A stretch of 64,000 nt of DNA from Thiobacillus sp. (GTDB lineage: Bacteria; Pseudomonadota; Gammaproteobacteria; Burkholderiales; Thiobacillaceae), in assembly GCA_041639395.1 (NCBI GenBank), contig JBEQCG010000005.1:4854-68853 (forward strand), written 5' to 3'. The notes under the pieces were generated by a model. That model did not search any database and was not told where the DNA came from. It saw nothing but the letters and a program-made list of their open reading frames with translations. Numbering within the stretch: the stretch's first letter is position 1; every line of letters begins with the position of its first letter. Below are positions 46,560 to 55,543 of this stretch, one piece after another. Both the position numbers and the translations under genes were made by a program.

Positions 46560-47000
46560 TCAGCAGGTCTTGCAGGCTTCGGTAGGCAGGCCGCGCGCGA
46601 TCCAGCCCGGGCCGGCACCGCTGCCGACCATGCCTTCCTTGACGTTGACCACGCGGGTGAAGCCGGCGTCGATCAACACTTTCTGCATCTGCGTGGTGCG
46701 GTTTCCCGTGCGGCAGATCAGCGCGATGGGCGCATCCTTGCTGCCCACTTCGGCTTCCACCTGCCTGACGAAACCGGCTGTGCCCTGCGGGTGTGCCATG
46801 TTGATTTCCAGCGCGCCTTTGGCGACGCCGGTCTGTTTCCATTCATCCGGACGGCGGATGTCGATCAGTGTGACCGCACCGGCTTGTGCCTGCGTCCAGG
46901 CGGCGGGGGCTTCGAGGGTGGGGCCGGCGTCGCGGGCGCAGGCACTCAGCGCAAGGACGGAGGCGGTGGCAGCGGCGGCAAGGGCAAGCGAGAGGTTCAA
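46560..47000 (-). CDS. Rhodanese-domain lipoprotein
   Basis: Probable TTG start after GGAG; LSAC lipobox; IDIRRPDEW, LICRTGNRT. Confidence 0.8.
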   Translation of the reverse strand: MNLSLALAAAATASVLALSACARDAGPTLEAPAAWTQAQAGAVTLIDIRRPDEWKQTGVAKGALEINMAHPQGTAGFVRQVEAEVGSKDAPIALICRTGNRTTQMQKVLIDAGFTRVVNVKEGMVGSGAGPGWIARGLPTEACKTC

Positions 47001-47096
47001 GGGGAGCTCCAGGCAAGAGGGACGCAGAATAGGCGTGCACGCCCGGCGGGAAGTTCCCGTGCTGGCCGCCAGCGCGCGCCTGCGCGACAATGCGGC

Positions 47097-47453
47097 ATGG
47101 ATATTTTCCGCGTTTTTCACCTGCAATGCGCGCGCCGGCTATCCGCGCTGCCCGTGTCTCACCCTTGCTCGCGCGTACACGGGCATTCGTTCCGCGTGGA
47201 GCTGACCGTGAGCGGCCCGCTCGATCCGGCGCTCGGCTGGGTATTGGATTTCGCCGATCTCGAAGCCGCCTGGCAGCCCATTCATGCGGCGCTCGACCAC
47301 CGGTATCTCAATGAAATTGGCGGGTTGGACAACCCCACCAGCGAAGGTCTGGCGGTGTGGCTGTGGGCGCGGCTCAAACCCGCGCTGCCGGGCCTGTCGC
47401 AGATCCGGGTGATGGAAACCCACGACGCCGGCTGCGTGTATCGCGGCGACTGA
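47097..47453 (+). CDS. queD: 6-carboxytetrahydropterin synthase family (variant)
   Basis: CSRVHGHSF, LDHRYLN, NPTSE, GCVYRGD; first Zn-ligand His replaced. Confidence 0.8.
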   Translation: MDIFRVFHLQCARRLSALPVSHPCSRVHGHSFRVELTVSGPLDPALGWVLDFADLEAAWQPIHAALDHRYLNEIGGLDNPTSEGLAVWLWARLKPALPGLSQIRVMETHDAGCVYRGD

Positions 47454-47458
47454 GCGTC

Positions 47459-48766
47459 TCAGTCGGGGGCCGGCTCTGGCGCAGGCTGGCAGGCCACCAG
47501 CACCTGATCGACGCGGTTCTTGTCCATGTCCACCACCTCGAAGCGGCAGCCGTTCCAGTCGAAGTGATCCGCCACGGCGGGTATGCGGCCGAGCATGTGC
47601 ATCATGAAGCCGCCCAGCGTGTGGTAGGCGTTTTCTTCCTCACCCGGCAGGTCGTCATCCAGCTCCAGCGCGGACTTGAAGCGTTCCACGGAGAGGCCGC
47701 CGTCCATTAGCCACGAGCCGTCCTCGCGCCGCACCACGTCCTGTTCTTCGTTGATGTCTTCGGAAGGCAGGTCACCCACAATCGAGGTGAGCACGTCGGT
47801 GAGCGTGACCAGGCCCTGGAGTTCGCCGTATTCGTCGACGATGAGGGCGGACTGCACGCGTGCCTTGCGGAAGTTTTCCAGCAGCTGTGTGGTGCTGACG
47901 CCCGCCGGCACGTAGAGCGCAGGCCGCATCGACTGCTCGACATCCAGCGGCGCGTTATCGAGTGCCGCCTTGAGCAGGTCGGACGTGCGCAGTACGCCGA
48001 CGATGTGGTCGAGGCCATCGCGGCAGACCACGATGCGGGTGTACGGGCTTTCGGCAATCCCGCGCCGGATGTCGTCTTCGGGGTCGATCAGGTCGAGGGC
48101 GTAAATGTCCTTGCGCGGCGTCATGATCGACTCGATCCGCTGATCATCGAGCCGCAGCACGTTGGAGACGATGGCCCGTTCGCTGGCGTGGAACACGCCG
48201 GCTTCAGCACCCTGTTCCATCAGCACCTTGATCTCGTCGTCGGTGACCGGCGGCTCTTCCTTCTGGCGAGCGCCGCTGAGACGCAGAATGAGGCTGGACG
48301 ACGCGGACAGCAGCCAGACCAGCGGGCGTGCCGAACGCGCGAGCCAGGTCATGGGCCGCGAAATGAGCGAGGCGATGCCTTCGGGGGCCATCAGGGCCAG
48401 CCGCTTCGGCACGAGTTCACCCACGACGACAGCAAAGTAGGTGAGGCCGGCTACCACGAGGGTCAGCGCGACCGGTTTGGCGTAGGGCTCAAGCAGCGGG
48501 AAATCGGCCAGCCAGATCGCCAGCGGGTCGGCCAGCGCGGTTTCCCCGATGGCTCCGGACAGGATGCCGATGGTGGTGATGCCGACCTGGATAGTCGAGA
48601 GGAAATTGGAGGGTTCGGCGTGCAGCGAGAGCGCGGTGTGCGCGCCCGGGCTGCCGTCGTCGGCGAGCCGTTGCAACCGGGCCTTGCGGGAAGACACCAC
48701 GGCAATTTCGGACATGGCGAAAAGGCCGTTGAGGAGAATCAGAAACAGCAGTAAGGCTATATCCAT
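47459..48766 (-). CDS. TlyC/CNNM hemolysin-family protein (CBS + CorC domains)
   Basis: NGLFAMSEIA, VQIGIT-like, GELVPK, MTPR, VDEYG. Confidence 0.92.
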   Translation of the reverse strand: MDIALLLFLILLNGLFAMSEIAVVSSRKARLQRLADDGSPGAHTALSLHAEPSNFLSTIQVGITTIGILSGAIGETALADPLAIWLADFPLLEPYAKPVALTLVVAGLTYFAVVVGELVPKRLALMAPEGIASLISRPMTWLARSARPLVWLLSASSSLILRLSGARQKEEPPVTDDEIKVLMEQGAEAGVFHASERAIVSNVLRLDDQRIESIMTPRKDIYALDLIDPEDDIRRGIAESPYTRIVVCRDGLDHIVGVLRTSDLLKAALDNAPLDVEQSMRPALYVPAGVSTTQLLENFRKARVQSALIVDEYGELQGLVTLTDVLTSIVGDLPSEDINEEQDVVRREDGSWLMDGGLSVERFKSALELDDDLPGEEENAYHTLGGFMMHMLGRIPAVADHFDWNGCRFEVVDMDKNRVDQVLVACQPAPEPAPD

Positions 48767-48854
48767 ACAGGGGTTGCCCATGCCCGCAGGGCACGCAACC
48801 GGGGGAACGCAGGGCCGGCGATTCTAGCATTCCGGCCGGGCGGGTCTGGCGGGC

Positions 48855-49613
48855 CTACTTCAGCACGCGCACCCACACCCGCCGGTTCTGGCCGCGCCCT
48901 TCCAGCGTCACATTGCTGGCCACCGGTTTCAGGTCGCCATAGGAAATCGTCGACATGCGGTCGAGCGGAATGCCGCCGGTTTCGTGCAGGTAGCGGCGCA
49001 CGGATTCGGCGCGTTCGAGCGCAATGCGGCGGTTCTGGCTGTCGAGGCTGAGGTTGTCGGTGTAGCCGACGATTTCCACGAACACGTGCGGCAGCTTCGG
49101 CCGGATGCCGGCGATCAGCGTATCCAGCGCGGCGCGGCCGGTTGCGGTGAGTTCGGGTTGTTCGTAGCCGTACAGCACCATGCTCTCGTTGAGAACCAGC
49201 TCGTCGGCGAGCTTGCCGCTGACCAGGCGGCTATCACGCGCGATCTTCACCGCGTCGTCGGCCTGCTCGCGCGCGGCGGCGATGCCGGTTTGCACGGCGT
49301 CGATGCGGCCGGCAAGCAGGCTGGCGTCGGCCTGTCGGGCAGCGTCGAGCCGGGCAAGGTCGGCGCGCAGCGCGTCGAGCGCGGTCTGGCCGGGGGTGGC
49401 CGCATCGAGGCGGCTGGCCAGCAGCGCCTGGCCGGATTCGAGTTTGCCCAGCCGGGTGTCGGCATCCCTCTGGTCGGCAGCGAGTTGCGCCACGCGCTGC
49501 TTCAGCGCGTCGAGATCGCGTGCGGCAGTGGCCTGCGCGTCGAGCGTCTGCTGCGAGGCGCAGCCGGCGAGCACGGCGGGCAGCAGGAGGGCAAGGGGAA
49601 GCAGGCGGGTCAT
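48855..49613 (-). CDS. OmpA-family lipoprotein with coiled coil
   Basis: LAGC lipobox; GYTD, N...ALERA, GRGQNRRV. Confidence 0.87.
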   Translation of the reverse strand: MTRLLPLALLLPAVLAGCASQQTLDAQATAARDLDALKQRVAQLAADQRDADTRLGKLESGQALLASRLDAATPGQTALDALRADLARLDAARQADASLLAGRIDAVQTGIAAAREQADDAVKIARDSRLVSGKLADELVLNESMVLYGYEQPELTATGRAALDTLIAGIRPKLPHVFVEIVGYTDNLSLDSQNRRIALERAESVRRYLHETGGIPLDRMSTISYGDLKPVASNVTLEGRGQNRRVWVRVLK

Positions 49614-49751
49614 GGGGCACTCCAGAGCGGCAAAAGGCAAAATTCTAGCGGGATGCCGTGAACACCCGACGGAACCGGGCTGGGCAATTCGTACCTTGAT
49701 TTATTCTAATAATCGTTTGAATATAGATTCGTCGCCCGCCCGGAAGCCTGT

Positions 49752-50414
49752 ATGGATGCCCGCAAAACCAAGGATCTGCTCTACGAACACGTCGCCCAGA
49801 TCGGCAAGGCGGTGTCCAGCCCCAAGCGGCTGGAACTGCTGGAAATCCTCGCCCAGGGCGAGAAGACGGTGGACGCGCTGGCGGGCGACGCCAGTATTTC
49901 GATCAAGCTCGCCAGCGCGCATCTCAAGGTGCTGAAAGCGGCGCGGCTGGTGGCGGCGCGGCGCGACGGCCGCAACATCGCCTACAGCCTTTCCGGCCCG
50001 GATGTATCGGCGCTGTGGGTGAACCTGCGCACGGTGGCAGAAGAACATCTGCTCGAACTCAAGCTGGCGATGGACGGCCTGTTTACCGCACCGGAAAAGC
50101 TGGATACGGAAACCCGTCGTTCGCTGCTCGACAAGGCAAAACGCGGCGAGGTGGTGGTGATCGACGTGCGCCCGGCAGCCGAATACGACCACGGCCACCT
50201 GCCGTTCGCGCGGTCGATGCCGGTGGCCGAATTGCGCCAGCGCCTGAAGGAGCTGCCTGCCGACAAGGAAATCGTCGCCTACTGTCGAGGCCCGTTCTGC
50301 ATGATGTCCGCCGAAGCGGTGGCGCTGCTGAAAAAGCACGGTTACCGCGCCCGCAAGATCGCCGACGGCACGCCCGAATGGCAAGCCGCAGGTCTGCCGC
50401 TTGCTGCCAGATGA
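49752..50414 (+). CDS. ArsR-family regulator fused to rhodanese
   Basis: AVSSPKRLELLE ArsR HTH; IDVRP..EY..GH, YCRGPFC. Confidence 0.9.
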   Translation: MDARKTKDLLYEHVAQIGKAVSSPKRLELLEILAQGEKTVDALAGDASISIKLASAHLKVLKAARLVAARRDGRNIAYSLSGPDVSALWVNLRTVAEEHLLELKLAMDGLFTAPEKLDTETRRSLLDKAKRGEVVVIDVRPAAEYDHGHLPFARSMPVAELRQRLKELPADKEIVAYCRGPFCMMSAEAVALLKKHGYRARKIADGTPEWQAAGLPLAAR

Positions 50415-50522
50415 ATGCACCGTGCCGGCCCACCGCCCCGATTGCCGCAGATCCGGCCGGGATGGAACGCATGATCGCGTTCAACCTCGGTCAGGCCTGA
50501 GCCTGCGGGGACGGCCCTGCCC

Positions 50523-51815
50523 ATGACTTACCGCTACGGCATCCGCGCCAATCTCGGCCAGTTTGTCCACCAGCTGGTGCAGGTGTTTTTCGTCGGCTTG
50601 ATGATCGGCCTGTTCCGCACCGTGGTGCCGGCGCTGGCGGAAAGCGATTTTGGCGTGGCCAGGGGCTCGTTCATGATGCTCACCGCCTTCGTCACCGCCT
50701 TCGGGTTTGTCAAGGGCGCGATGAATTTTGTCGCCGGCCGGCTGTCCGAGCGCGTCGGCCGCAAAAGGGTGCTGTTCGCCGGTTGGCTCGCCGCCGTGCC
50801 CATTCCCTTCATGATCTTTTATGCGCCCAGCTGGAGCTGGATCGTGGCGGCCACCGTGCTGCTGGGGGTGAACCAGGGTCTGACGTGGTCGATGACGCAG
50901 ACGTCCAAGCTCGACCTCACCACCGCGGATCAGCGCGGGCTGACCATCGGGCTGAACGAGTTCTCGGGCTATTTCGGCGTGGCGCTGGCCGGCATCGCCA
51001 CGGGCTATCTCGCCATCCATCTGGGCGTGCGCGAAGGACTCCTGCTGTTCGGTAGCGTGGTTGTGCTCGCCGCCGGTCTCATCACGCTGGTCTGGGTGCA
51101 AGACACCCTGCCGTGGGCGCAGGCAGAAGGCCGCCAGCAGGCGGCAGGCAAGGCCACGGGCCTGCGGCCGCGCTATCCGCAGAACATTGCCGCCACGCCC
51201 GGCACCTGGGAAGTCTTCACGTTGATGTCGTGGCGCGATACGCGCATGGCGTCGATCAGCCAGGCGGGGCTCACGGAAAAGTTCGTCGATGCGCTGGTGT
51301 GGGTGTTCTTCCCGGTTTACCTCTACCAGCACGGCCTTTCGCTCGCCGGTATCGGCTGGGTAGTGGGCGTCTACGGCTTCGTCTGGGGGCTGTCGCAATT
51401 CTTCACCGGCCACTGGTCCGACCGCATCGGCCGCAAACAACCCATCGTCGCCGGGATGTGGCTGTGCGGCGTGGGCGTGGCGCTGGTGCTGCTGGGCGAG
51501 GGCGAACTGTGGTGGTCGTTTGCCGCTGCCGTCATGGGCTTGGGCATGGCCTTGCTGTATCCCACGCTGTCCGCTGCGGTGTCCGATATCGCCCACCCCA
51601 ACTGGCGCGGCTCGGCCATCGGCATCTATCGCTTCTGGCGCGACACCGGCTACGGCATCGGCGGGCTGCTGCTCGGCGCGGTGGCCGCCGCCTTCGGCAG
51701 CATCGAAGCCGGCTTCTGGTTCACCGCCGCCGCCATGTTCGTCTCCGGCCTCATCGTGCTGCTGATGTGCGAGGAAACGCATCCGCGTCTGAATCCGCAG
51801 CCGCCTGCGCCCTAA
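50523..51815 (+). CDS. MFS transporter
   Basis: [11 protein letters not shown] and WSDRIGRK loop motifs; about 12 TM. Confidence 0.9.
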   Translation: MTYRYGIRANLGQFVHQLVQVFFVGLMIGLFRTVVPALAESDFGVARGSFMMLTAFVTAFGFVKGAMNFVAGRLSERVGRKRVLFAGWLAAVPIPFMIFYAPSWSWIVAATVLLGVNQGLTWSMTQTSKLDLTTADQRGLTIGLNEFSGYFGVALAGIATGYLAIHLGVREGLLLFGSVVVLAAGLITLVWVQDTLPWAQAEGRQQAAGKATGLRPRYPQNIAATPGTWEVFTLMSWRDTRMASISQAGLTEKFVDALVWVFFPVYLYQHGLSLAGIGWVVGVYGFVWGLSQFFTGHWSDRIGRKQPIVAGMWLCGVGVALVLLGEGELWWSFAAAVMGLGMALLYPTLSAAVSDIAHPNWRGSAIGIYRFWRDTGYGIGGLLLGAVAAAFGSIEAGFWFTAAAMFVSGLIVLLMCEETHPRLNPQPPAP

Positions 51816-54057
51816 GCGCCCGCGCTGCCGCCACCATGTTGGCGAGCGCGGCTTCGGTCTCGGGCCAGCCGCGTGTCTTCAGCCCGCAGTCCGGGTTCAC
51901 CCACAGGTTGCCGGGCGGAATCACGGTGGCGGCCTTGTCGAGCAGGCGCGTCATTTCGGGCGTGGCGGGCACGCGCGGACTGTGGATGTCGTACACGCCG
52001 GGGCCGATTTCGTTAGGGTAGGCAAAGTCACCAAAACCCCGCAGCAGTTCCATGTCCGAACGGCTGGTTTCAATGGTGATGACATCGGCGTCCATCGCCG
52101 CAATCGCGGGCAGGATGTCGTTGAATTCCGAATAGCACATGTGGGTGTGGATCTGCGTCGCGTCGGCCACGCCGGAGGCAGAGAGCCGGAACGCGCGGCT
52201 CGCCCAGTCCAGATACGCGGGCCAGTCGGCGCGGCGCAGCGGCAGGCCTTCGCGGTAGGCCGGTTCGTCGATCTGGATGATGCCGATGCCGGCGGTTTCG
52301 AGATCGACGACTTCGTCGCGCAGCGCCAGCGCAATCTGCAACGCGGTGGTGGCACGCGGCTGGTCGTCGCGCACGAAGGCCCATTGCAGCATCGTCACCG
52401 GGCCGGTGAGCATGCCTTTCATCGGCTTTTTCGTGAGCGATTGCGCATAGGTGCTCCAGGCGACCGTCATCGGCGCGGGGCGCGACACGTCGCCATAGAT
52501 GATCGGCGGTTTCACGCAGCGGCTGCCGTAGCTCTGCACCCAGCCGAATTGCGTGAACGCGTAGCCCGCCAATTGTTCGCCAAAGTATTCGACCATGTCG
52601 TTGCGCTCGGCTTCGCCGTGCACCAGCACGTCGATCCCCAGCGCCTCCTGTTTTGTGACGGCGAATCCGATTTCGCGCTGCATCGCGGCTTCGTAGTCGG
52701 CGGTGGCGAGTTCGCCGCGTTTATGCGCGGCGCGCGCAGCGCGGATTTCAGGCGTCTGCGGGAAGGAGCCGATGGTGGTGGTGGGAAAAAGCGGCAAATT
52801 GAACCGTGCGCGCTGCGCCGCCTGACGCGCGGGGAAGGCGCTGGTGCGCTGGTCGGCGTGGGCATCCAGCGCAGCCAGCCTTGCCGCCACCGCCGGGTTG
52901 TGTACCCGGGCCGAGGCGCGACGCGCGGCCAGCGCGGCGGCGTTGTCTGCCAGCGCGCCGGCGACGGCGGCGCGGCCGAGATTGAGCGCGGTGGCGAGCG
53001 TCTGCAATTCGCCGAGTTTCTCGTCGGCAAACGCCAGCCAGGTTTTCAGCTCGGGGTCGAGCGCGGTTTCCGCCGCGAGGCTGGCGGGCACATGCGCGAG
53101 CGAACACGACGACGCCAGCCACAGCCGGTCGCCGAATTTCTGCGCGAGGCCATCAAGCCGGTCGAGCGTGGCGGCCAGATCGGTCTTCCAGACATTGCGG
53201 CCATCGACCGCGCCCACCGACAGCACCTTGGTCGCGGGCAGCCAGTCGATCACCTGCGCCAGTTCGGCGCGGCCGCGCACGGCATCGACGTGCAAGCCCG
53301 CGACGGGCAGGGTGGTGGCGACGCGCAGGTTTTCGGCCAGCGGGCCGAAGGGGCTGGCGAGCAGTATCTTCACGCTGGCCGCATGGAGGCTGTGATGCGC
53401 GCGCTCGAACGCGGCGCGCCAGGTGGCGGGCAGGTCGAGCGCAAGAATCGGCTCGTCGAGTTGCACCCATTCGATACCCATGGTTTTCAGGCGCGCGAGA
53501 ATCTGGCCGTACACCGGCAGCAGGCGGTCGAGCAGGTCGAGGCGGTCGAAGCCTGCGATTTTTTCCTTGCCGAGGTAGAGGAAAGTAAGCGGCCCGATCA
53601 GCACCGGTTTGGCCGCAAAGCCAGCGGTCTGCGCTTCGGCGACCTCGTTAAACAGCCAGCCGTCGTCCAGCGCAAACGCGGTGTCGGGATGAAACTCCGG
53701 TACCAGATAGTGGTAGTTGGTGTCGAACCACTTGGTCATTTCCATCGCGTGCTGGCCAGCGTTGCCGCGCGCAAGCTGGAAGTATTCGGAGAGCCCGATT
53801 CGCGCGCCAAAGCCGAAGCGTGTGGGCGCGCAGCCCAGAAGCGCAATGTGCGTGAGCATGGGGTCGTAGTACGCAAAGTCGCCCACCGCGACGTGCGCGC
53901 AGCCCGCCTGCCGCTGCCAGTTGGCCTGGCGGATGCCGCTGCCCACCGCACGCAGCGCGGCTTCGTCGATTTCGCCACGCCAGAATTGTTCGAGTGCAAA
54001 TTTGAGTTCGCGCCGCGCGCCGATGCGCGGCATGCCCGATACGTGTGTCTGCGCCAT
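51751..54057 (-). CDS. metE: Cobalamin-independent methionine synthase
   Basis: [38 protein letters not shown]. Confidence 0.97.
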   Translation of the reverse strand: MAQTHVSGMPRIGARRELKFALEQFWRGEIDEAALRAVGSGIRQANWQRQAGCAHVAVGDFAYYDPMLTHIALLGCAPTRFGFGARIGLSEYFQLARGNAGQHAMEMTKWFDTNYHYLVPEFHPDTAFALDDGWLFNEVAEAQTAGFAAKPVLIGPLTFLYLGKEKIAGFDRLDLLDRLLPVYGQILARLKTMGIEWVQLDEPILALDLPATWRAAFERAHHSLHAASVKILLASPFGPLAENLRVATTLPVAGLHVDAVRGRAELAQVIDWLPATKVLSVGAVDGRNVWKTDLAATLDRLDGLAQKFGDRLWLASSCSLAHVPASLAAETALDPELKTWLAFADEKLGELQTLATALNLGRAAVAGALADNAAALAARRASARVHNPAVAARLAALDAHADQRTSAFPARQAAQRARFNLPLFPTTTIGSFPQTPEIRAARAAHKRGELATADYEAAMQREIGFAVTKQEALGIDVLVHGEAERNDMVEYFGEQLAGYAFTQFGWVQSYGSRCVKPPIIYGDVSRPAPMTVAWSTYAQSLTKKPMKGMLTGPVTMLQWAFVRDDQPRATTALQIALALRDEVVDLETAGIGIIQIDEPAYREGLPLRRADWPAYLDWASRAFRLSASGVADATQIHTHMCYSEFNDILPAIAAMDADVITIETSRSDMELLRGFGDFAYPNEIGPGVYDIHSPRVPATPEMTRLLDKAATVIPPGNLWVNPDCGLKTRGWPETEAALANMVAAARALRAQAAADSDADAFPRTSAAR

Positions 54058-54118
54058 GTTGGTTTCCCCCTGATTGAACGATGGCGGCATGATGCGGATC
54101 GTCGTACCATGAATCAAA

Positions 54119-54131
54119 CGAATAGTTTTCA
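54119..54131. promoter_or_regulatory. MetR-box-like site
   Basis: CGAA-TAGTT-TTCA vs TGAA-N5-TTCA, in the AT-rich metE/metR gap. Confidence 0.45.
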
Positions 54132-54139
54132 TTTTTTAT

Positions 54140-55066
54140 ATGAACAATGCTCATATTGAGCTGCGCCACCTGCGCCTACTGGCGGCCGTGGCCGACAGCG
54201 GCGGACTCACGGCCGCCGCCGAGCGTCTGCACCTCACGCAGTCGGCGGTGTCGCATCAGTTGAAAGCGCTGGAAGACGCGCTGGGCCTGCCGCTGGTCGA
54301 ACGCGCCGCGCGGCCGCTGGGTTTGACGGCGGCGGGCCGGCGCTTGCTGGCGCTGGCGCGCGAGAGCCTACCGCAGGTGGACGCCGCGCTGCGCGATCTC
54401 GCCAAGCTGCGTGACGGCGCGGCGGGCGAGCTGCGCGTGGCGGTGGAATGCCATACCTGCTACGACTGGCTGATGCCGGCGATGGACGCCTACCGCGACG
54501 TGTGGCCGGCGGTCGAGCTCGATCTGCTCGGCGGTTTTCAGGCTGACCCGCTGGCGCTCTTGACCGAGCATCGCGCCGATCTGGTGGTGACCTCCGACGG
54601 CGCGCCGCGTGCGGGGCTCGCGATGCTGCCGCTGTTTGGCTACGAGATGCTTGCGCTCTTGCCACCGGGCCACGCGCTGGAAAAAAAGAACGTGCTCTTG
54701 CCCGCCGATTTTGCCGGCCAGACGCTCATCACCTACCCGGTGCCGGAAGACCGGCTCGATTTCGTGCGCCGCGTGCTCGCCCCCGCCGGCGTGCAGCTGC
54801 CGCGCCGCGAGGCCGAACTCACCGTCGCCATCCTGCAACTGGTCGCCAGCCGGCGCGGCGTGGCGGCGCTGCCGGCGTGGGCGGTCGCGCCGTATCTGGA
54901 GCGCGGCTACGTCGCCGCACGCCGCATCGGCCGCCACGGCCTGTGGGCCGAACTGCACGCCGCCGTGCGCGAGACCGATGCACCGCGCGCCTACCTAGCG
55001 GATTTTGTGGAGACGGTGCGGCGGGAGAGTTTTGCGCGCCTGCCGGGGGTGCGGGCGCTGGTTTGA
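54140..55066 (+). CDS. metR: LysR regulator MetR
   Basis: IELRHLR, AVECHTCYDWLMP, YPVPEDRLD; divergent from metE. Confidence 0.95.
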   Translation: MNNAHIELRHLRLLAAVADSGGLTAAAERLHLTQSAVSHQLKALEDALGLPLVERAARPLGLTAAGRRLLALARESLPQVDAALRDLAKLRDGAAGELRVAVECHTCYDWLMPAMDAYRDVWPAVELDLLGGFQADPLALLTEHRADLVVTSDGAPRAGLAMLPLFGYEMLALLPPGHALEKKNVLLPADFAGQTLITYPVPEDRLDFVRRVLAPAGVQLPRREAELTVAILQLVASRRGVAALPAWAVAPYLERGYVAARRIGRHGLWAELHAAVRETDAPRAYLADFVETVRRESFARLPGVRALV

Positions 55067-55302
55067 ACCTGGAAACCGCAGTTGGACGCGCCCGAGGGTG
55101 CGTCGGGTTGGGTGACTGCCGCGAAGCAACGACGCGGCAGGCCGGGGCCTGCAAGGAGGCGCGACAAAGGCAGGCGCACGAGCCGGCGTGCCATCGGGTG
55201 TGTAGCGATCTCACCCGGCAGGTGAACGTGACCGGAACGGAAATCGTCAGATTTCATGCGCGATTCACGAGGGTGGTGAGCGGTCAACTGCGGTTTTTAG
55301 GT
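55067..55302. mobile_element. 236-bp MITE-like element
   Basis: 18-bp terminal IRs ACCTGGAAACCGCAGTTG / CAACTGCGGTTTTTAGGT (16/18); flanked both sides by TGA. Confidence 0.65.
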
Positions 55303-55322
55303 TGAGTGTGTGGGGGGTAGGC

Positions 55323-55352
55323 TTTTTTACAAAGAGGACAAGAGGACAAGAG
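55323..55352 (+). repeat. Purine-rich interspersed repeat (family B)
   Basis: TTTTTTACAAAGAGGACAAGAGGACAAGAG. Confidence 0.65.
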
Positions 55353-55391
55353 CAGAGATGTTCACGGGGAGGGGGAGGAAGCAAGCCCGGG

Positions 55392-55520
55392 TGCACCAAT
55401 TTGTGCTGCGGTCGGGGGTGATGCGCACCAAGTCGGGGCGGCATGAGGGGGAGGGTTGGGTCGCTGGGTCGACAAGCATTTGATCTAAAACAACTCTTGC
55501 AGGCTGGCACAGACCCTGCT
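55392..55520 (+). promoter_or_regulatory. NtrC-like sites + sigma54 promoter of nasA
   Basis: GCAC half-sites at 55393 and 55424 (31 bp apart); TGGCAC-AGACC-CTGCT at 55505-55520; TTGAT-N4-AACAA (FNR-like or IHF overlap) at 55480. Confidence 0.62.
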
Positions 55521-55543
55521 GTAGAGGGGTCGAGGAGTGGTTC

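Noticed and set aside
46340-50421. Identical 11-mer ATGAATGCACC starting two small ORFs (46340, 50411)
   Set aside because: Too short and downstream sequences unrelated; likely chance
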